From positions 1-64,000 of the IMG/VR virus record IMGVR_UViG_3300044712_001462: a stretch of 64,000 nucleotides of DNA, one strand, 5' to 3'. This document shows, one piece after another, positions 26,180 to 35,755 of this stretch. Below the pieces are notes generated by a model, which searched no databases, was not told the DNA's origin, and saw nothing but the letters and a program-made list of their open reading frames with translations. Position 1 is the first letter of the stretch. Each line of letters begins with the position of its first letter. The position numbers and the translations under genes were made by a program.

Positions 26180-26568
26180 TCTTCCTCCTCCAGTCGTAGC
26201 GGTTCATATCGATCCATGTACATCAGCATCTTTGCCACGTGCTCGGCGATCATAGTCTCTACAGCGTCGTTGCCGTAACCACCTAGATCTACTGTGGTGT
26301 TTTCTTTCGTTAAACACTCACCCAGAGTCATGGTGATCTGATTCAGGTCTAGTGTGATCGTGATAGTGTGTACGTCGTGTGTCCGCCCGGTATTTGGAAT
26401 AACCAGTGTGGTACTGTACTCATCTTGGTTAATCGTCTGTCCTGTCTGTTTCCCGAGTTTTCTCAGTATTTCTTGAAAATAGGCATACCTCGCCTCACGT
26501 TTTCTACGTTGTTTCAGCCCTGCTTGAAGTTCCTCGTTGATAACTTTGACAATGCCTGAATAAGCCAT
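26176..26568 (-). CDS. hypothetical protein, paralog of 25790-26179
   Basis: INEEL...YAYFQEILRKLG...IAEHVAKML; start MAYSG after AAGGAG. Confidence 0.7.
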   Translation of the reverse strand: MAYSGIVKVINEELQAGLKQRRKREARYAYFQEILRKLGKQTGQTINQDEYSTTLVIPNTGRTHDVHTITITLDLNQITMTLGECLTKENTTVDLGGYGNDAVETMIAEHVAKMLMYMDRYEPLRLEEEE

Positions 26569-26591
26569 ATCCACTCCTTTTCCTCTGTGCC

Positions 26592-26632
26592 CCAAATAAA
26601 AACACCCGACTACCGTCATGGTAGCCGGGTGT
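26592..26632 (-). terminator. intrinsic terminator
   Basis: Minus strand ACACCCGGCTACC-ATGAC-GGTAGTCGGGTGT followed by TTTTATTTGG. Confidence 0.75.
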
Positions 26633-26641
26633 CCTGTTTTC

Positions 26642-26661
26642 CTCTCTGTTATCGCTATCTC
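26642..26661 (-). promoter_or_regulatory. conserved motif GAGATAGCGATAACAGAGAG (copy B)
   Basis: 18 bp identical to 38505-38522. Confidence 0.5.
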
Positions 26662-26666
26662 AATCT

Positions 26667-26999
26667 TTACTCATCGCTAACGTAGCCTCCCTGTCGGGGT
26701 GTGCGACAGGACCAGTGAGTCATGTCGTTAGCCAAATTGGCTAGGCGGCAGACAGCCAACGCATATACCGGGAGCCGATACCACACCGTACCAGTCAGGT
26801 ATTGCGCTGTCAGATACCACCCCGTCACAATAAGTGCAGTGTGCATTGACAAGCAAAATGGACATAGCAACAGCGAACTAAAGAATCCGGAGCCTAGCTC
26901 CAACCGGGCCCGCCAGTCAGCAAAGATACTTCCATGATGCCATACTTCGACGGCATGCCAGACGGCGGTAGCACAAATCAAAATATCGAGTGGTGTCAT
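26667..26999 (-). CDS. DUF1360-like membrane protein
   Basis: Hydrophobic helices with IF..WR...LLLCPFCLSMH; start MTPLDI. Confidence 0.65.
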   Translation of the reverse strand: MTPLDILICATAVWHAVEVWHHGSIFADWRARLELGSGFFSSLLLCPFCLSMHTALIVTGWYLTAQYLTGTVWYRLPVYALAVCRLANLANDMTHWSCRTPRQGGYVSDE

Positions 27000-27032
27000 A
27001 TTCGACCTTCTAAAAACGCTCCTGTAAGTGCC

Positions 27033-27383
27033 ATGCCGAGAATCATAGCCACGAGAAGCAACCACTCACCGTTGAAGAGGGCTTGGAATAGCCCTACCCC
27101 TAAAATCACCCAACACAAGTTCTTGATACCTGCGCGGTCAAAACATCCAGGCATTAGAGCGCCTCATGAGGCCACGGACGCGCCGCATAGCGATCGGGAG
27201 CCTCTGACTCCCTCACGAGCTGGACGACGTCTGGTGGCGGTAGGGGAGCTTCCAGAGGGAGATTATGAGCCAAGAGGTTACAAGGCTGGAGCCTTGGTTC
27301 CGGATTCACATAGGCTTGGATCAGCCCGGAACGTTGAAGGAACGTTAAACCACTCTTGGAATCGTACATCGGGAAGCTCCTAA
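27033..27383 (+). CDS. possible hypothetical protein upstream of terminase
   Basis: 116-aa Pro/Arg-rich frame filling the gap; no RBS or motif seen. Confidence 0.3.
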   Translation: MPRIIATRSNHSPLKRAWNSPTPKITQHKFLIPARSKHPGIRAPHEATDAPHSDREPLTPSRAGRRLVAVGELPEGDYEPRGYKAGALVPDSHRLGSARNVEGTLNHSWNRTSGSS

Positions 27384-27448
27384 ACATCATTTCTGAGGAC
27401 ACACGTCACTCAGATTGTACTTGAGGAAAGTAAGGGAAAGGAATCTGT

Positions 27449-29308
27449 GTGAGTTCGTTAGCACGCCAGTCGGATATCCGCCGGTCGATGCAGGTCATGG
27501 CTGACCGGATGGTCGACAAAGAGCTGGCCCAGAAGATGCTTCGGGAACTCGAGTATCTCATGTCGACGGGGATCCCCAACCTGTCCCCGCTCCTCCCTTA
27601 CATGCTGTCGCTCAAAGGGAAGCCATATACGCTGGAACGGCACTTTCCGTTGGAGCCGTTTTTTAACACCAATATGCCTCGCAAGATCTTGTTGAAGGCC
27701 GGTCGTCAGATAGGCAAGTCTACGGTTCTGGCAGCGCAAGGTATCGTGTCAGCCGCAACGATACCCTTCTTCAACATTCTGTACATCACGCCGCTGTTCG
27801 AAATGATTCGGCGTTTCAGCCACAACTACGTGCGTAGTTTTATAGAGCAGTCGCACATCAAGCACATGTTGGTGAGGAATGAAAATAGCCAGAATGTGCT
27901 TCAGCGTCAGTTCGTGAACAACTCAAGTCTCTATTTCAGCTTTTGTTTTACTGACGCAGAAAGAACTCGAGGAGTGCCCGCCTCCAAAGTGGGGGTAGAC
28001 GAAATTCAGGACATAGATAGTACATTTTTGCCTGTAATTCGCGAGACTTTAAGCGGTTCTGAGGACTGGGGACTTGAAAGTTTTGCTGGCACACCCAAGA
28101 GTCTCGATAACACAATTGAACAACTTTGGCAAAAATCTTCAGGCGGAGAATGGTGCATACCTTGCAGCAACTGCAAGTATCTGAACGTACCAAGAGAGTC
28201 GCATGATTTAGTAGACATGCTGGGTCCGTGGCGCGACGACATTTCCGACGAAAAACCGGGGACAATCTGCGCAAAGTGTGGACACATCATTGATGCGCGA
28301 AATGGGTTTTGGGTTCATGAGTATCCAGAGCGTGTTGCAGAGTTTGCGGGATATCACTTACCCCAATGTATCTTTCCTCTTCATTATGCGAGCAGCGATA
28401 AATGGAAAATTCTCAAAGGCAAACAAGAGGGAGCATACAACACACAGGTCAACACATTTTTTAACGAAGTGCTAGGTGAGTCATACGACACCGGCTCACG
28501 TCTGTTAACTCAGACTGAAATTCAAGCTGCGGCTTGTCTGCATCCTAATGACGAAGACATCGCGATGCAGACAATCGGTCAGTACGATTTACGTGTTCTT
28601 GGAGTGGACTGGGGTGGTTCCTCAGAAGGGGGGGATAGTTATACGGTGTACATGGTTGTGTGTAGGCGCTCCGACGGGTCCGGAATTGATGTTATCTATG
28701 GTTTCAGATCCCTTACGCCAAATGACCATCAACGAGAGGCGCGTATAGCTATAGACATTGTTAAGAAATTCCGTTGTCACTACATCGCGCACGACTACGG
28801 AGGAGCCGGTCAGTTTAGAGAAAAATACATCGTGGATGCCGGGTGGCCGGTCGAACGTCTCATACCGATTGTCTATGTAAGGTCGTCGGTACAGGGGATG
28901 TTTCGGTTTCTACCGGCTACGGATATTCATCCAAGAAACAGATACAGCTTGGATAAGACACGAAGTCTAGTGCTCATGTGCCACGGTATTAAGAATAAGT
29001 TGATTAAGACGTTTGCTTGGAACCTAGAAGAAGAAGCCGCCTCCGGGCAACAGTCGATCCTCGGAGATCTGCTTGCGCTGGTCGAGGAGAAAACCGATAG
29101 CCGCACCGGAAGCGACATGTACACGATCATCAGAAAACAAAATCAGAGCGACGACGCCTGCCATGCTCTTAATTACGGGTGTTGCTGCATATGGCACATC
29201 CGTAATGAATGGCCGAACGTGGCCGACATGGATAAATACACCCCGAGTGAGGAGTTCTTGAAAGCTGCTGAGCCTGAAATTGGTGCTAGAGACTGGGATG
29301 ACGCCTAG
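27449..29308 (+). CDS. terL: terminase large subunit (GpA-like)
   Basis: KAGRQIGKST Walker A, VGVDE Walker B, GTPK coupling motif, CxxC...CxxC insert, NEVLGE, GVDWG RNase-H nuclease motif, DDACHA. Confidence 0.92.
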   Translation: MSSLARQSDIRRSMQVMADRMVDKELAQKMLRELEYLMSTGIPNLSPLLPYMLSLKGKPYTLERHFPLEPFFNTNMPRKILLKAGRQIGKSTVLAAQGIVSAATIPFFNILYITPLFEMIRRFSHNYVRSFIEQSHIKHMLVRNENSQNVLQRQFVNNSSLYFSFCFTDAERTRGVPASKVGVDEIQDIDSTFLPVIRETLSGSEDWGLESFAGTPKSLDNTIEQLWQKSSGGEWCIPCSNCKYLNVPRESHDLVDMLGPWRDDISDEKPGTICAKCGHIIDARNGFWVHEYPERVAEFAGYHLPQCIFPLHYASSDKWKILKGKQEGAYNTQVNTFFNEVLGESYDTGSRLLTQTEIQAAACLHPNDEDIAMQTIGQYDLRVLGVDWGGSSEGGDSYTVYMVVCRRSDGSGIDVIYGFRSLTPNDHQREARIAIDIVKKFRCHYIAHDYGGAGQFREKYIVDAGWPVERLIPIVYVRSSVQGMFRFLPATDIHPRNRYSLDKTRSLVLMCHGIKNKLIKTFAWNLEEEAASGQQSILGDLLALVEEKTDSRTGSDMYTIIRKQNQSDDACHALNYGCCCIWHIRNEWPNVADMDKYTPSEEFLKAAEPEIGARDWDDA

Positions 29309-30006
29309 CCACACTTCTTCCGGGCCGACAGTCGGTCTAACACTTGATCTGGGTTTTGTCCTCGAGTGCGAATATACCAGTAAGCAAGCATATATGGCAC
29401 ATTTGCAAGCTTGACAGCCTGACCCAGCGTCATCGTTTCTCCGCGGTAGGTAATCATGACATTGTTACGTTTGTTATTGCCTTGCGTAATAGAGTCAGCC
29501 CAGCAGCAGTTTTCTTTAGAGTATCCCCTGTTGTTATCGATTCGTTCAATGGAATGACCGTCAGGGCATCTGCCCATGTCGTTAAAGAAAGTTTGAAACG
29601 AATTCCATTCGTCACAGACTGTTATCCCCCGGCCTCCGTAGTTATGAAAGTACTTATTAGACGGACACTGGCAGCGTTGTCGCATGTGCATCCAGATTCT
29701 GTATTCGCGTGTTCCTCGGTAAAGAGAGTCTCGAAGCTTGTGCTTGTTTGGTGCGCCATGCGACTGTCCGTGTGTGATAGACCTGGCACTAAGTTCTTCG
29801 GCGCGCAGACAACCGCAACTCTTCGATCTGCCGTTGCGCAGATCACCTGCTTGTACTTCGCGGTAACGACCACACTCGCACAAACAGAGATAAATAACCT
29901 GTTGCGATCTTCGGCGTACAGGCCCCAACGCGGTCAACCGCCCAAACACCTTTCCATTCAGCGGTTTTGCGTTTTTGTGTAACTTAATGAACTGAGGTAA
30001 CTCCAT
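29305..30006 (-). CDS. free-standing HNH homing endonuclease
   Basis: GRLT..CLCECG..SCGC N domain; W..MRQRC, YGGRGITVC..W, SIERIDNNRGYSKENCCWA. Confidence 0.9.
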   Translation of the reverse strand: MELPQFIKLHKNAKPLNGKVFGRLTALGPVRRRSQQVIYLCLCECGRYREVQAGDLRNGRSKSCGCLRAEELSARSITHGQSHGAPNKHKLRDSLYRGTREYRIWMHMRQRCQCPSNKYFHNYGGRGITVCDEWNSFQTFFNDMGRCPDGHSIERIDNNRGYSKENCCWADSITQGNNKRNNVMITYRGETMTLGQAVKLANVPYMLAYWYIRTRGQNPDQVLDRLSARKKCG

Positions 30007-30047
30007 ACGTGTTTCTCCTAGAAACGGATTTCTAAAACGAGGCTATA

Positions 30048-30731
30048 GTGGCACGAAAAAAGAACGGCAACATTGCAGCTACTCCCGAGACCACTTCCAA
30101 ACTTTTGAAAGAGTTCAAACCAAAAACAGTTAACCAGGCAAACTATGTTCGCGCTATCTCAGAGTCCGACGTGATCATCTGCACGGGCCCCGCGGGTACC
30201 GGAAAGACGGCAGTGGCCATCGGACTAGCGATCGAACATTTGATGAACGGCAAGATCGCGAAGATTGTGTTGACGCGCCCGGTGATCGAAGCGGGACGCG
30301 GGATGGGCTTTTTGCCGGGTACGGCCAGCGAGAAGCTGCATCCGTATCTCTTACCCATGCTGGATGAATTGGAGGCTTACCTCAGTCCTCCGGAGATCCA
30401 CAAATACATGAATCTGAACTTGGTGGAGGTGGCCGCACTTGAACATATGCGCGGGCGTAATTTCCACCAAAGTTATATGGTTTTAGACGAGGCGCAGAAC
30501 GCGACGATGAAACAGATCAAGATGTTCATCACGCGCATGGGTCGCAATTCGAAGTGCATCATCAACGGCGACCTTCGGCAGAGCGATCTGGAGAGGTTCG
30601 GAAAGTTGGATCTAGAGCTTTGCCTGGAGAAGCTGGACAATGTGCCGCGGGTCAGCCTGGTAACGCTGACTAGCGAGGACATTGTTAGAAATCCGCTGAT
30701 CGCCGACATCCTCGACCGGCTTGAGAGCTAA
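30048..30731 (+). CDS. phoH: PhoH-family ATPase
   Basis: GPAGTGKT, LTRP, GFLPG, MRGRNF, LDEAQN, GD..QSD, DIVRNP. Confidence 0.96.
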   Translation: MARKKNGNIAATPETTSKLLKEFKPKTVNQANYVRAISESDVIICTGPAGTGKTAVAIGLAIEHLMNGKIAKIVLTRPVIEAGRGMGFLPGTASEKLHPYLLPMLDELEAYLSPPEIHKYMNLNLVEVAALEHMRGRNFHQSYMVLDEAQNATMKQIKMFITRMGRNSKCIINGDLRQSDLERFGKLDLELCLEKLDNVPRVSLVTLTSEDIVRNPLIADILDRLES

Positions 30732-33472
30732 ACCGCTCTCAATCTGAATGGCCTCTCGGCGGCAGCGTGCCTACTAAGCGCCTGCCGCCACCACTCTCCT
30801 TGGATTAGCCAGCAGTCTCTGCCCATATGCTCGCAGAGGCCCAGCAGCGCATTGTCTGTCTCTAGCTGTTCTGTGATTCGATCCGCAGAAACTAGTAACC
30901 GAGTGTTCTTGAGGATGAGCTGCACGAGATCCGCTTTGGGGACCAAGATGCCAGGCGGATCCGTAGCCTGCCAGCAGCAGTTCGTCTCGTAAGGGAAGCT
31001 CTCTGGCAGCTGCTTAAGGTGACCCTGCTTGAGGAACAACCAGAGCAGCTCACCCAGCGCATCGGCTTGTCCCGAGTCACCAGCCAGCATCAAAGAGTCT
31101 TCACCCTCTTCGATCACTGTTGTGTCGTGGTGCATCGCCCTTAGCCACTCCACCACATCATTCCGGATATCGAGGATCAACTCTCCGCCGGTATACACCC
31201 CTTCGAAGTGCCGCTGACAAAGATGCTGGAGATACCCCGTGAGTAAGGGGGAAGATGCTAGCTCAGGTGAGTGGTTAAAGTGGCCGGAATCATGAAGGTT
31301 GATAACGTGCCAACCACTACTGAGTCTTAAAGCTGAGAGGTATCTAGGTTTCACCTGCACCAAGCAGTTCCTACCCAGCGGCTCTAAGAGCCAAGGCTCT
31401 TTCACCTTAGCCCGATCCTCATTCGACACCTTCACCACGATCGGCCATGTATGCGCCTTCTCGTTATCTGCGTAGTCCCCAAACGGTACATCCGGGTAGA
31501 CCTGGCAGCCACAAGCGAGTGCAGCAGCGCCCGCCACAGACGTTGCAGCGTCAGAGGCTGTAGCAATACCTCTATAAGGATGATTGAAAACGGGGGCTAC
31601 GATGTTTGAGACTAAAGCCAACCAGGCATTCCAGAACTCTTTGTTAGCCGGAGTAGGAGCCAGCCAGTTCTCCGTGTCTCCTGGCTCGATCGGTCTGGGT
31701 TTAGGCAGCGCGGCTCCAGGGAGGTGCGAGTCAGGGATAATGTCTTTGTGGTCGAGGACCTGACCACCAAACTCGATCCGGAACGTCGGCAGAATGAACG
31801 CCGACTTCTGGGAATCCCAGCCTACGAGATCCACACCTGTTGAGAACTTCGGTTTCTGGAACTGAGTCGCCAGTGTCACGAGCCGGTTATTCCACGAAGC
31901 ATTAAACCGGAGGAGCCCTTTTTGCTCCTTTACCAAGAGCCGTTTCATCCAGTTAAATGCTTTTTGCTCCACCTCGTCTGCCGGTGCCGAGTAAGGGATC
32001 TCTTCACCTTGGTAGAGAATCCGGCCCTGGTAGTAGGTTTTGTCGGCTCGAGGATGATAAACAGCTCGATCGATTCTCAAGACACCATCGGAGATCAGCT
32101 CCTCACCAGCCTCACCTCTTCGAAACCAGCCCTCACTCCGCTCCTCAATTGGAGATTTATCCACAATGATCACACTTGTGGCATCCGATTTCTGTAAGAG
32201 ATCCTGGATCCTTTTTCTTACAGTGTGATCACACTTACTCAGGATTCCAGCTTGCTTGTCTCCACTGAGTTGCATTCGGAGGAATAACTCTTCGATCTCA
32301 TGGTCTTCCATCCTCGGGATCTCAAAGTTTAACCGCTCTGTCCAGTGCACGGCTTGGCGCTTCATCCATTTGAGGAGACTCCCAGGATCCTGCTCCATGG
32401 CATAATCCAGAGCCTCATCTGGGCCCAAGGCCTTAATCCCAGCACGACAGAGATAACCATCCGTCTGAATCGCCTGGATTAGTCCTTCCGCGGTGAGTCT
32501 GGGAGCCCAGAAATAGATCTTCCTCCCAGCAAACATCCGCCAAGCAAACCGAGATCTCCACTTCTCCTGAGCGCCCCAACACACAATATCCAGTGGTTCT
32601 GGCTCGAGGTAGAAAGACTCGACGTGGGTTCTCAGGTAGAGGAAGGGGTCGTTGAAAGCGTAGATGTCATTGCGACGGTGATTCAGGATATCGGGGTGAA
32701 AAGCGAGTCCGAAGTCAGGGTTCTTTGATTTCGTGCCATACGGGGAGACCGTCTTGTACCTGATATCCTTCGATCGGTCGCAATCTCGGCCCACACAGCA
32801 CCAAGCAGAGACTCTAAATGGTTGGCTGTAAAATGGAAAGAACGCAGCATACCGCCACTTGGCCCCAGTAAAAATGCGCCCAGCAGAGGGGTTTGCGATC
32901 CCCGCTTTCTTCCCATACTTGTTCTGTTCATTGGCGGAAGCGGCCTTAGGAGCCTGGCAGACCTCGATATCATGCACATGAGCGGCACCCAGAATCTTCC
33001 CCGGACCATCCGCTTGCCATGAGGTGGTCTCTGCCCTGAGCTTGGCTTTCTTCAGGATATCTTGGATCTCTGGCTGCTGCATCCGCCAGGGGTTCTGGTT
33101 GGCCTCCCAGAAGTCCGTATAGCGCTTCCAGCGTTCGAGAGTCCACTCCTCGTAGTTGTTGAGGAGTGTTTCATCGACGAGTTCTGGCGGGTAGTAGACG
33201 TGGCTGTTGGAGAGTTTGGTGACTGTAGCGGGGATACTGAGCTTCCAAGCCTTTGAAAGGAGGCCTAACATGTTCCCATAGTTTTTACAGCGGGAGCAAT
33301 AATACCATTGCCCGTCGATGGTGGGATCTGCGAAAATTACTAGCTGACCCGAATTACAGAGCGGACACGGTATTTTCGCCGGTAGTGCCGCTGATTCAAC
33401 CGACACTCCCAACAGGTCTAAAGCGTCTTTCCAGGTTGGGTACTTGTTATACGAAGTGTGAGAGTCAGCCAT
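30728..33472 (-). CDS. zinc-finger DnaG-like / DUF927-like primase-helicase fusion with eroded catalytic motifs
   Basis: CPLC...WYYCSRC..GN zinc finger; FFPFY...W..VGR primase-like core; VDLVGWD...FILP; no TOPRIM E/DxD or Walker A found. Confidence 0.55.
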   Translation of the reverse strand: MADSHTSYNKYPTWKDALDLLGVSVESAALPAKIPCPLCNSGQLVIFADPTIDGQWYYCSRCKNYGNMLGLLSKAWKLSIPATVTKLSNSHVYYPPELVDETLLNNYEEWTLERWKRYTDFWEANQNPWRMQQPEIQDILKKAKLRAETTSWQADGPGKILGAAHVHDIEVCQAPKAASANEQNKYGKKAGIANPSAGRIFTGAKWRYAAFFPFYSQPFRVSAWCCVGRDCDRSKDIRYKTVSPYGTKSKNPDFGLAFHPDILNHRRNDIYAFNDPFLYLRTHVESFYLEPEPLDIVCWGAQEKWRSRFAWRMFAGRKIYFWAPRLTAEGLIQAIQTDGYLCRAGIKALGPDEALDYAMEQDPGSLLKWMKRQAVHWTERLNFEIPRMEDHEIEELFLRMQLSGDKQAGILSKCDHTVRKRIQDLLQKSDATSVIIVDKSPIEERSEGWFRRGEAGEELISDGVLRIDRAVYHPRADKTYYQGRILYQGEEIPYSAPADEVEQKAFNWMKRLLVKEQKGLLRFNASWNNRLVTLATQFQKPKFSTGVDLVGWDSQKSAFILPTFRIEFGGQVLDHKDIIPDSHLPGAALPKPRPIEPGDTENWLAPTPANKEFWNAWLALVSNIVAPVFNHPYRGIATASDAATSVAGAAALACGCQVYPDVPFGDYADNEKAHTWPIVVKVSNEDRAKVKEPWLLEPLGRNCLVQVKPRYLSALRLSSGWHVINLHDSGHFNHSPELASSPLLTGYLQHLCQRHFEGVYTGGELILDIRNDVVEWLRAMHHDTTVIEEGEDSLMLAGDSGQADALGELLWLFLKQGHLKQLPESFPYETNCCWQATDPPGILVPKADLVQLILKNTRLLVSADRITEQLETDNALLGLCEHMGRDCWLIQGEWWRQALSRHAAAERPFRLRAV

Positions 33473-34675
33473 ATGAAAACTCTTGACCAGCGCGGCGATA
33501 AGTCCTTCTCAAAACTCAACCGGTATGTCCAGCTTTACCCGGTTCCCGACTTTGCCAAACAAGCCTCAGCCGCTGACGTCTGTCAACCGCCTGAGGAGAA
33601 GGCGCAGTTCTTTGCGGATGTCCGGCATCCTTACCAGTTCCCCTGCCACAGCAAAGCTGCCACATTTGTCTCCTACATGTACTTCCTCGAGAACGGATCT
33701 GACTTGAACCCTAAAGTCCGACCTCTCGTTGAAGAGCGGTTGGACAAAATGGCGAGTTACTTTGGGATCAACAACGCCGTGTTGGCTCTGAAAAGCAAAC
33801 ATGCGGCTTTACATGAAGATCCCGAGAACAGCTTGCCTGATTCTGCTTATGCGATTGTACGGGCGTCGGATGATGGGCGCAAAGAGCGAATGTATCCTCT
33901 CCGGAATGCTCTGGAGGTGAAAGCGGCAGCTTCTTGGTTTGTTGATTACTTACCGGAACTGCGTGAAGCGCTTGAGTGGTCGGATCGCCAAGGAGTAGCG
34001 AACAAGATCCTCAACAAGGCCGCGGAGTTCGGTGCAGACGTTGGTGACTACTTAGAGACACTGGAAAAATGCGCTGGGCGTGGTCTCTGTGACAAGGCAA
34101 AAGCCGCGGGGATGATTCGGGATCGCGTCAAAGCGGCTTATCGGGTTGCGCCTGCTATGCAGGAGGCCATGAATAAGTTCGCCAGCATGATCGAAGAGAA
34201 GCCCTTGGCTTATTTTGATCCAGCGACGATGACGCAGATGGCAGGAGTGGTCGATCGGTTTGATCGGTCCCACAGCTTGCTGAACAAGTACTCAGAACTG
34301 ATTCCAGCTCCTGAGGATGTGTTGTTCGAAGGCACGTACTCCAAGACCGCGGAGTTTGTGAAAGATGCCTGTACGCTGACCTCGGGTTCCGTCTACGACA
34401 AGCAGGACTTCACCAAGCTGTCGCTCCAGAGTCTCAAGGATGTGTTCGGCGACGACATCGCTACGAGTGTGGCGAGCGGATACAGCGTGGATCCAGAGAA
34501 GATGGCGGAACTGGCTTGCACGTTCCCTCGTCCGGATGCGGAGATGTTTGAAGACTTGTTATCCGAGGTGGACATCAAGCCGATGGCCAAACAAGCAGCC
34601 CTCCAAGGGGTCGGAATCCCCGTGGAGGTACTGCGAAAGATGGCTGAAGCTACTGACGACTGTAAAAGTCGTTGA
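33473..34675 (+). CDS. hypothetical protein with two DUF6582-like repeats and many K-x-A motifs; possible head protein
   Basis: FAD...FPCHSKAA...RLDKMASYFG and LPDSAYA...YPL..VKAA..KILNKAAEFG; ATG at 33473. Confidence 0.65.
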   Translation: MKTLDQRGDKSFSKLNRYVQLYPVPDFAKQASAADVCQPPEEKAQFFADVRHPYQFPCHSKAATFVSYMYFLENGSDLNPKVRPLVEERLDKMASYFGINNAVLALKSKHAALHEDPENSLPDSAYAIVRASDDGRKERMYPLRNALEVKAAASWFVDYLPELREALEWSDRQGVANKILNKAAEFGADVGDYLETLEKCAGRGLCDKAKAAGMIRDRVKAAYRVAPAMQEAMNKFASMIEEKPLAYFDPATMTQMAGVVDRFDRSHSLLNKYSELIPAPEDVLFEGTYSKTAEFVKDACTLTSGSVYDKQDFTKLSLQSLKDVFGDDIATSVASGYSVDPEKMAELACTFPRPDAEMFEDLLSEVDIKPMAKQAALQGVGIPVEVLRKMAEATDDCKSR

Positions 34676-34910
34676 TCTCTTTCTGGTGGTCGGCTTTTAG
34701 TGCTTGCTTACCTCGTCTCCACGGAATGTAGACTCCGATGTAAGCACTCGCTACACCTACGACTAGCAACCCAGGCAGTGCTAGTAGTAACCAATTCCCT
34801 GATTCAGCAAGAGTTGTCTTAAACACAATAGCACTAAAAACACCCCAGAGCCCGACTGCCATAGTGTAAACACAAGCCACAGCCACGATCTTACCGAGTC
34901 TGTCTGACAT
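34650..34910 (-). CDS. small two-TM membrane protein
   Basis: Two hydrophobic helices, basic C tail. Confidence 0.6.
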   Translation of the reverse strand: MSDRLGKIVAVACVYTMAVGLWGVFSAIVFKTTLAESGNWLLLALPGLLVVGVASAYIGVYIPWRRGKQALKADHQKEINDFYSRQ

Positions 34911-35032
34911 AATCTTCTACTGCAGCTCTTTGTGCAGCCTCACAAACTCAGCCCAGGCCCCTTCTTGGTGGCTTGGGCTTTTTCTTTAATCTCATACGCC
35001 TTATACCAGCGTATCACTTCACAAATCGTCGA

Positions 35033-35755
35033 TCAAGCAGCTGCCTCGGGCTTCTTGATTTGATGTATCTGCTTACCAGTACTGTAGTTACTGAAACAGA
35101 TCCCACATTTTTCACAGGTGATTTTCACCTTTCTCTCTACGCCCTGTTCGACCGGACAGACCAGATTATTGTGTGCCCCGACTCGTTTCTTAGGCGTGTT
35201 GTTCCGCACACGGAACACCAGATCCACTTTGAACCACGGCTCATCCCAGTCGTCGATCGACATGTAGCAGCGTCGGATCCCCTTGAATTTCGGCGGTACC
35301 GGCATGGTACGGTCACAGGACAGCCAACCATATACGTTTGGCTGTTGAGCAAGCTTCTTCAGATGAGGCAGCAGTTCGGAGATTACCCATGAGCGCGTGT
35401 AAAAATAAAACACAGTTTCAGGACAGTCTCGAACAATTCGCTGCCAGCGCTTGATGTACGTTACGTTGTCGAAATCACCTGAAGCGTGAATACGTACGAT
35501 TTTTGTCTTTGATCTGTTAATGCTCTCAATCATTTTTGGTACCCAATCTCTGCGGTTACGTGCTTGTCGTCTACGTTTATACGACTCTTGCACGTTCACA
35601 TTCTTGTACATGTGGTGTCTAGCGTAGCAGACCGAGGAACAGAGATGCGAGGCTCCTGGACAGGTATGCCACGCGGGAAGGTTCCAGTTGAGAATCCGCC
35701 CAAGCTTACGATTACCGGGCGACAGAGACGGAATAGTCAGTTGAACTAGTTGCAA
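35033..35755 (-). CDS. GP88-like (radical-SAM-related, Cys-cluster) phage protein
   Basis: GNRKLG..WNLPA..TCPGAS..C...CYA, RIHASGDF, FYFYTRSW, CP...TCEKCGIC. Confidence 0.85.
   Translation of the reverse strand: MQLVQLTIPSLSPGNRKLGRILNWNLPAWHTCPGASHLCSSVCYARHHMYKNVNVQESYKRRRQARNRRDWVPKMIESINRSKTKIVRIHASGDFDNVTYIKRWQRIVRDCPETVFYFYTRSWVISELLPHLKKLAQQPNVYGWLSCDRTMPVPPKFKGIRRCYMSIDDWDEPWFKVDLVFRVRNNTPKKRVGAHNNLVCPVEQGVERKVKITCEKCGICFSNYSTGKQIHQIKKPEAAA

Noticed and set aside
27449-29308. Intron or intein in terL associated with the HNH gene
   Set aside because: terL is continuous with all motifs and no intein C/HN signature; the HNH gene lies outside it on the opposite strand.
34650-34910. Holin
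   Set aside because: Two TM helices fit, but there is no adjacent endolysin or spanin, so it is left as a membrane protein.
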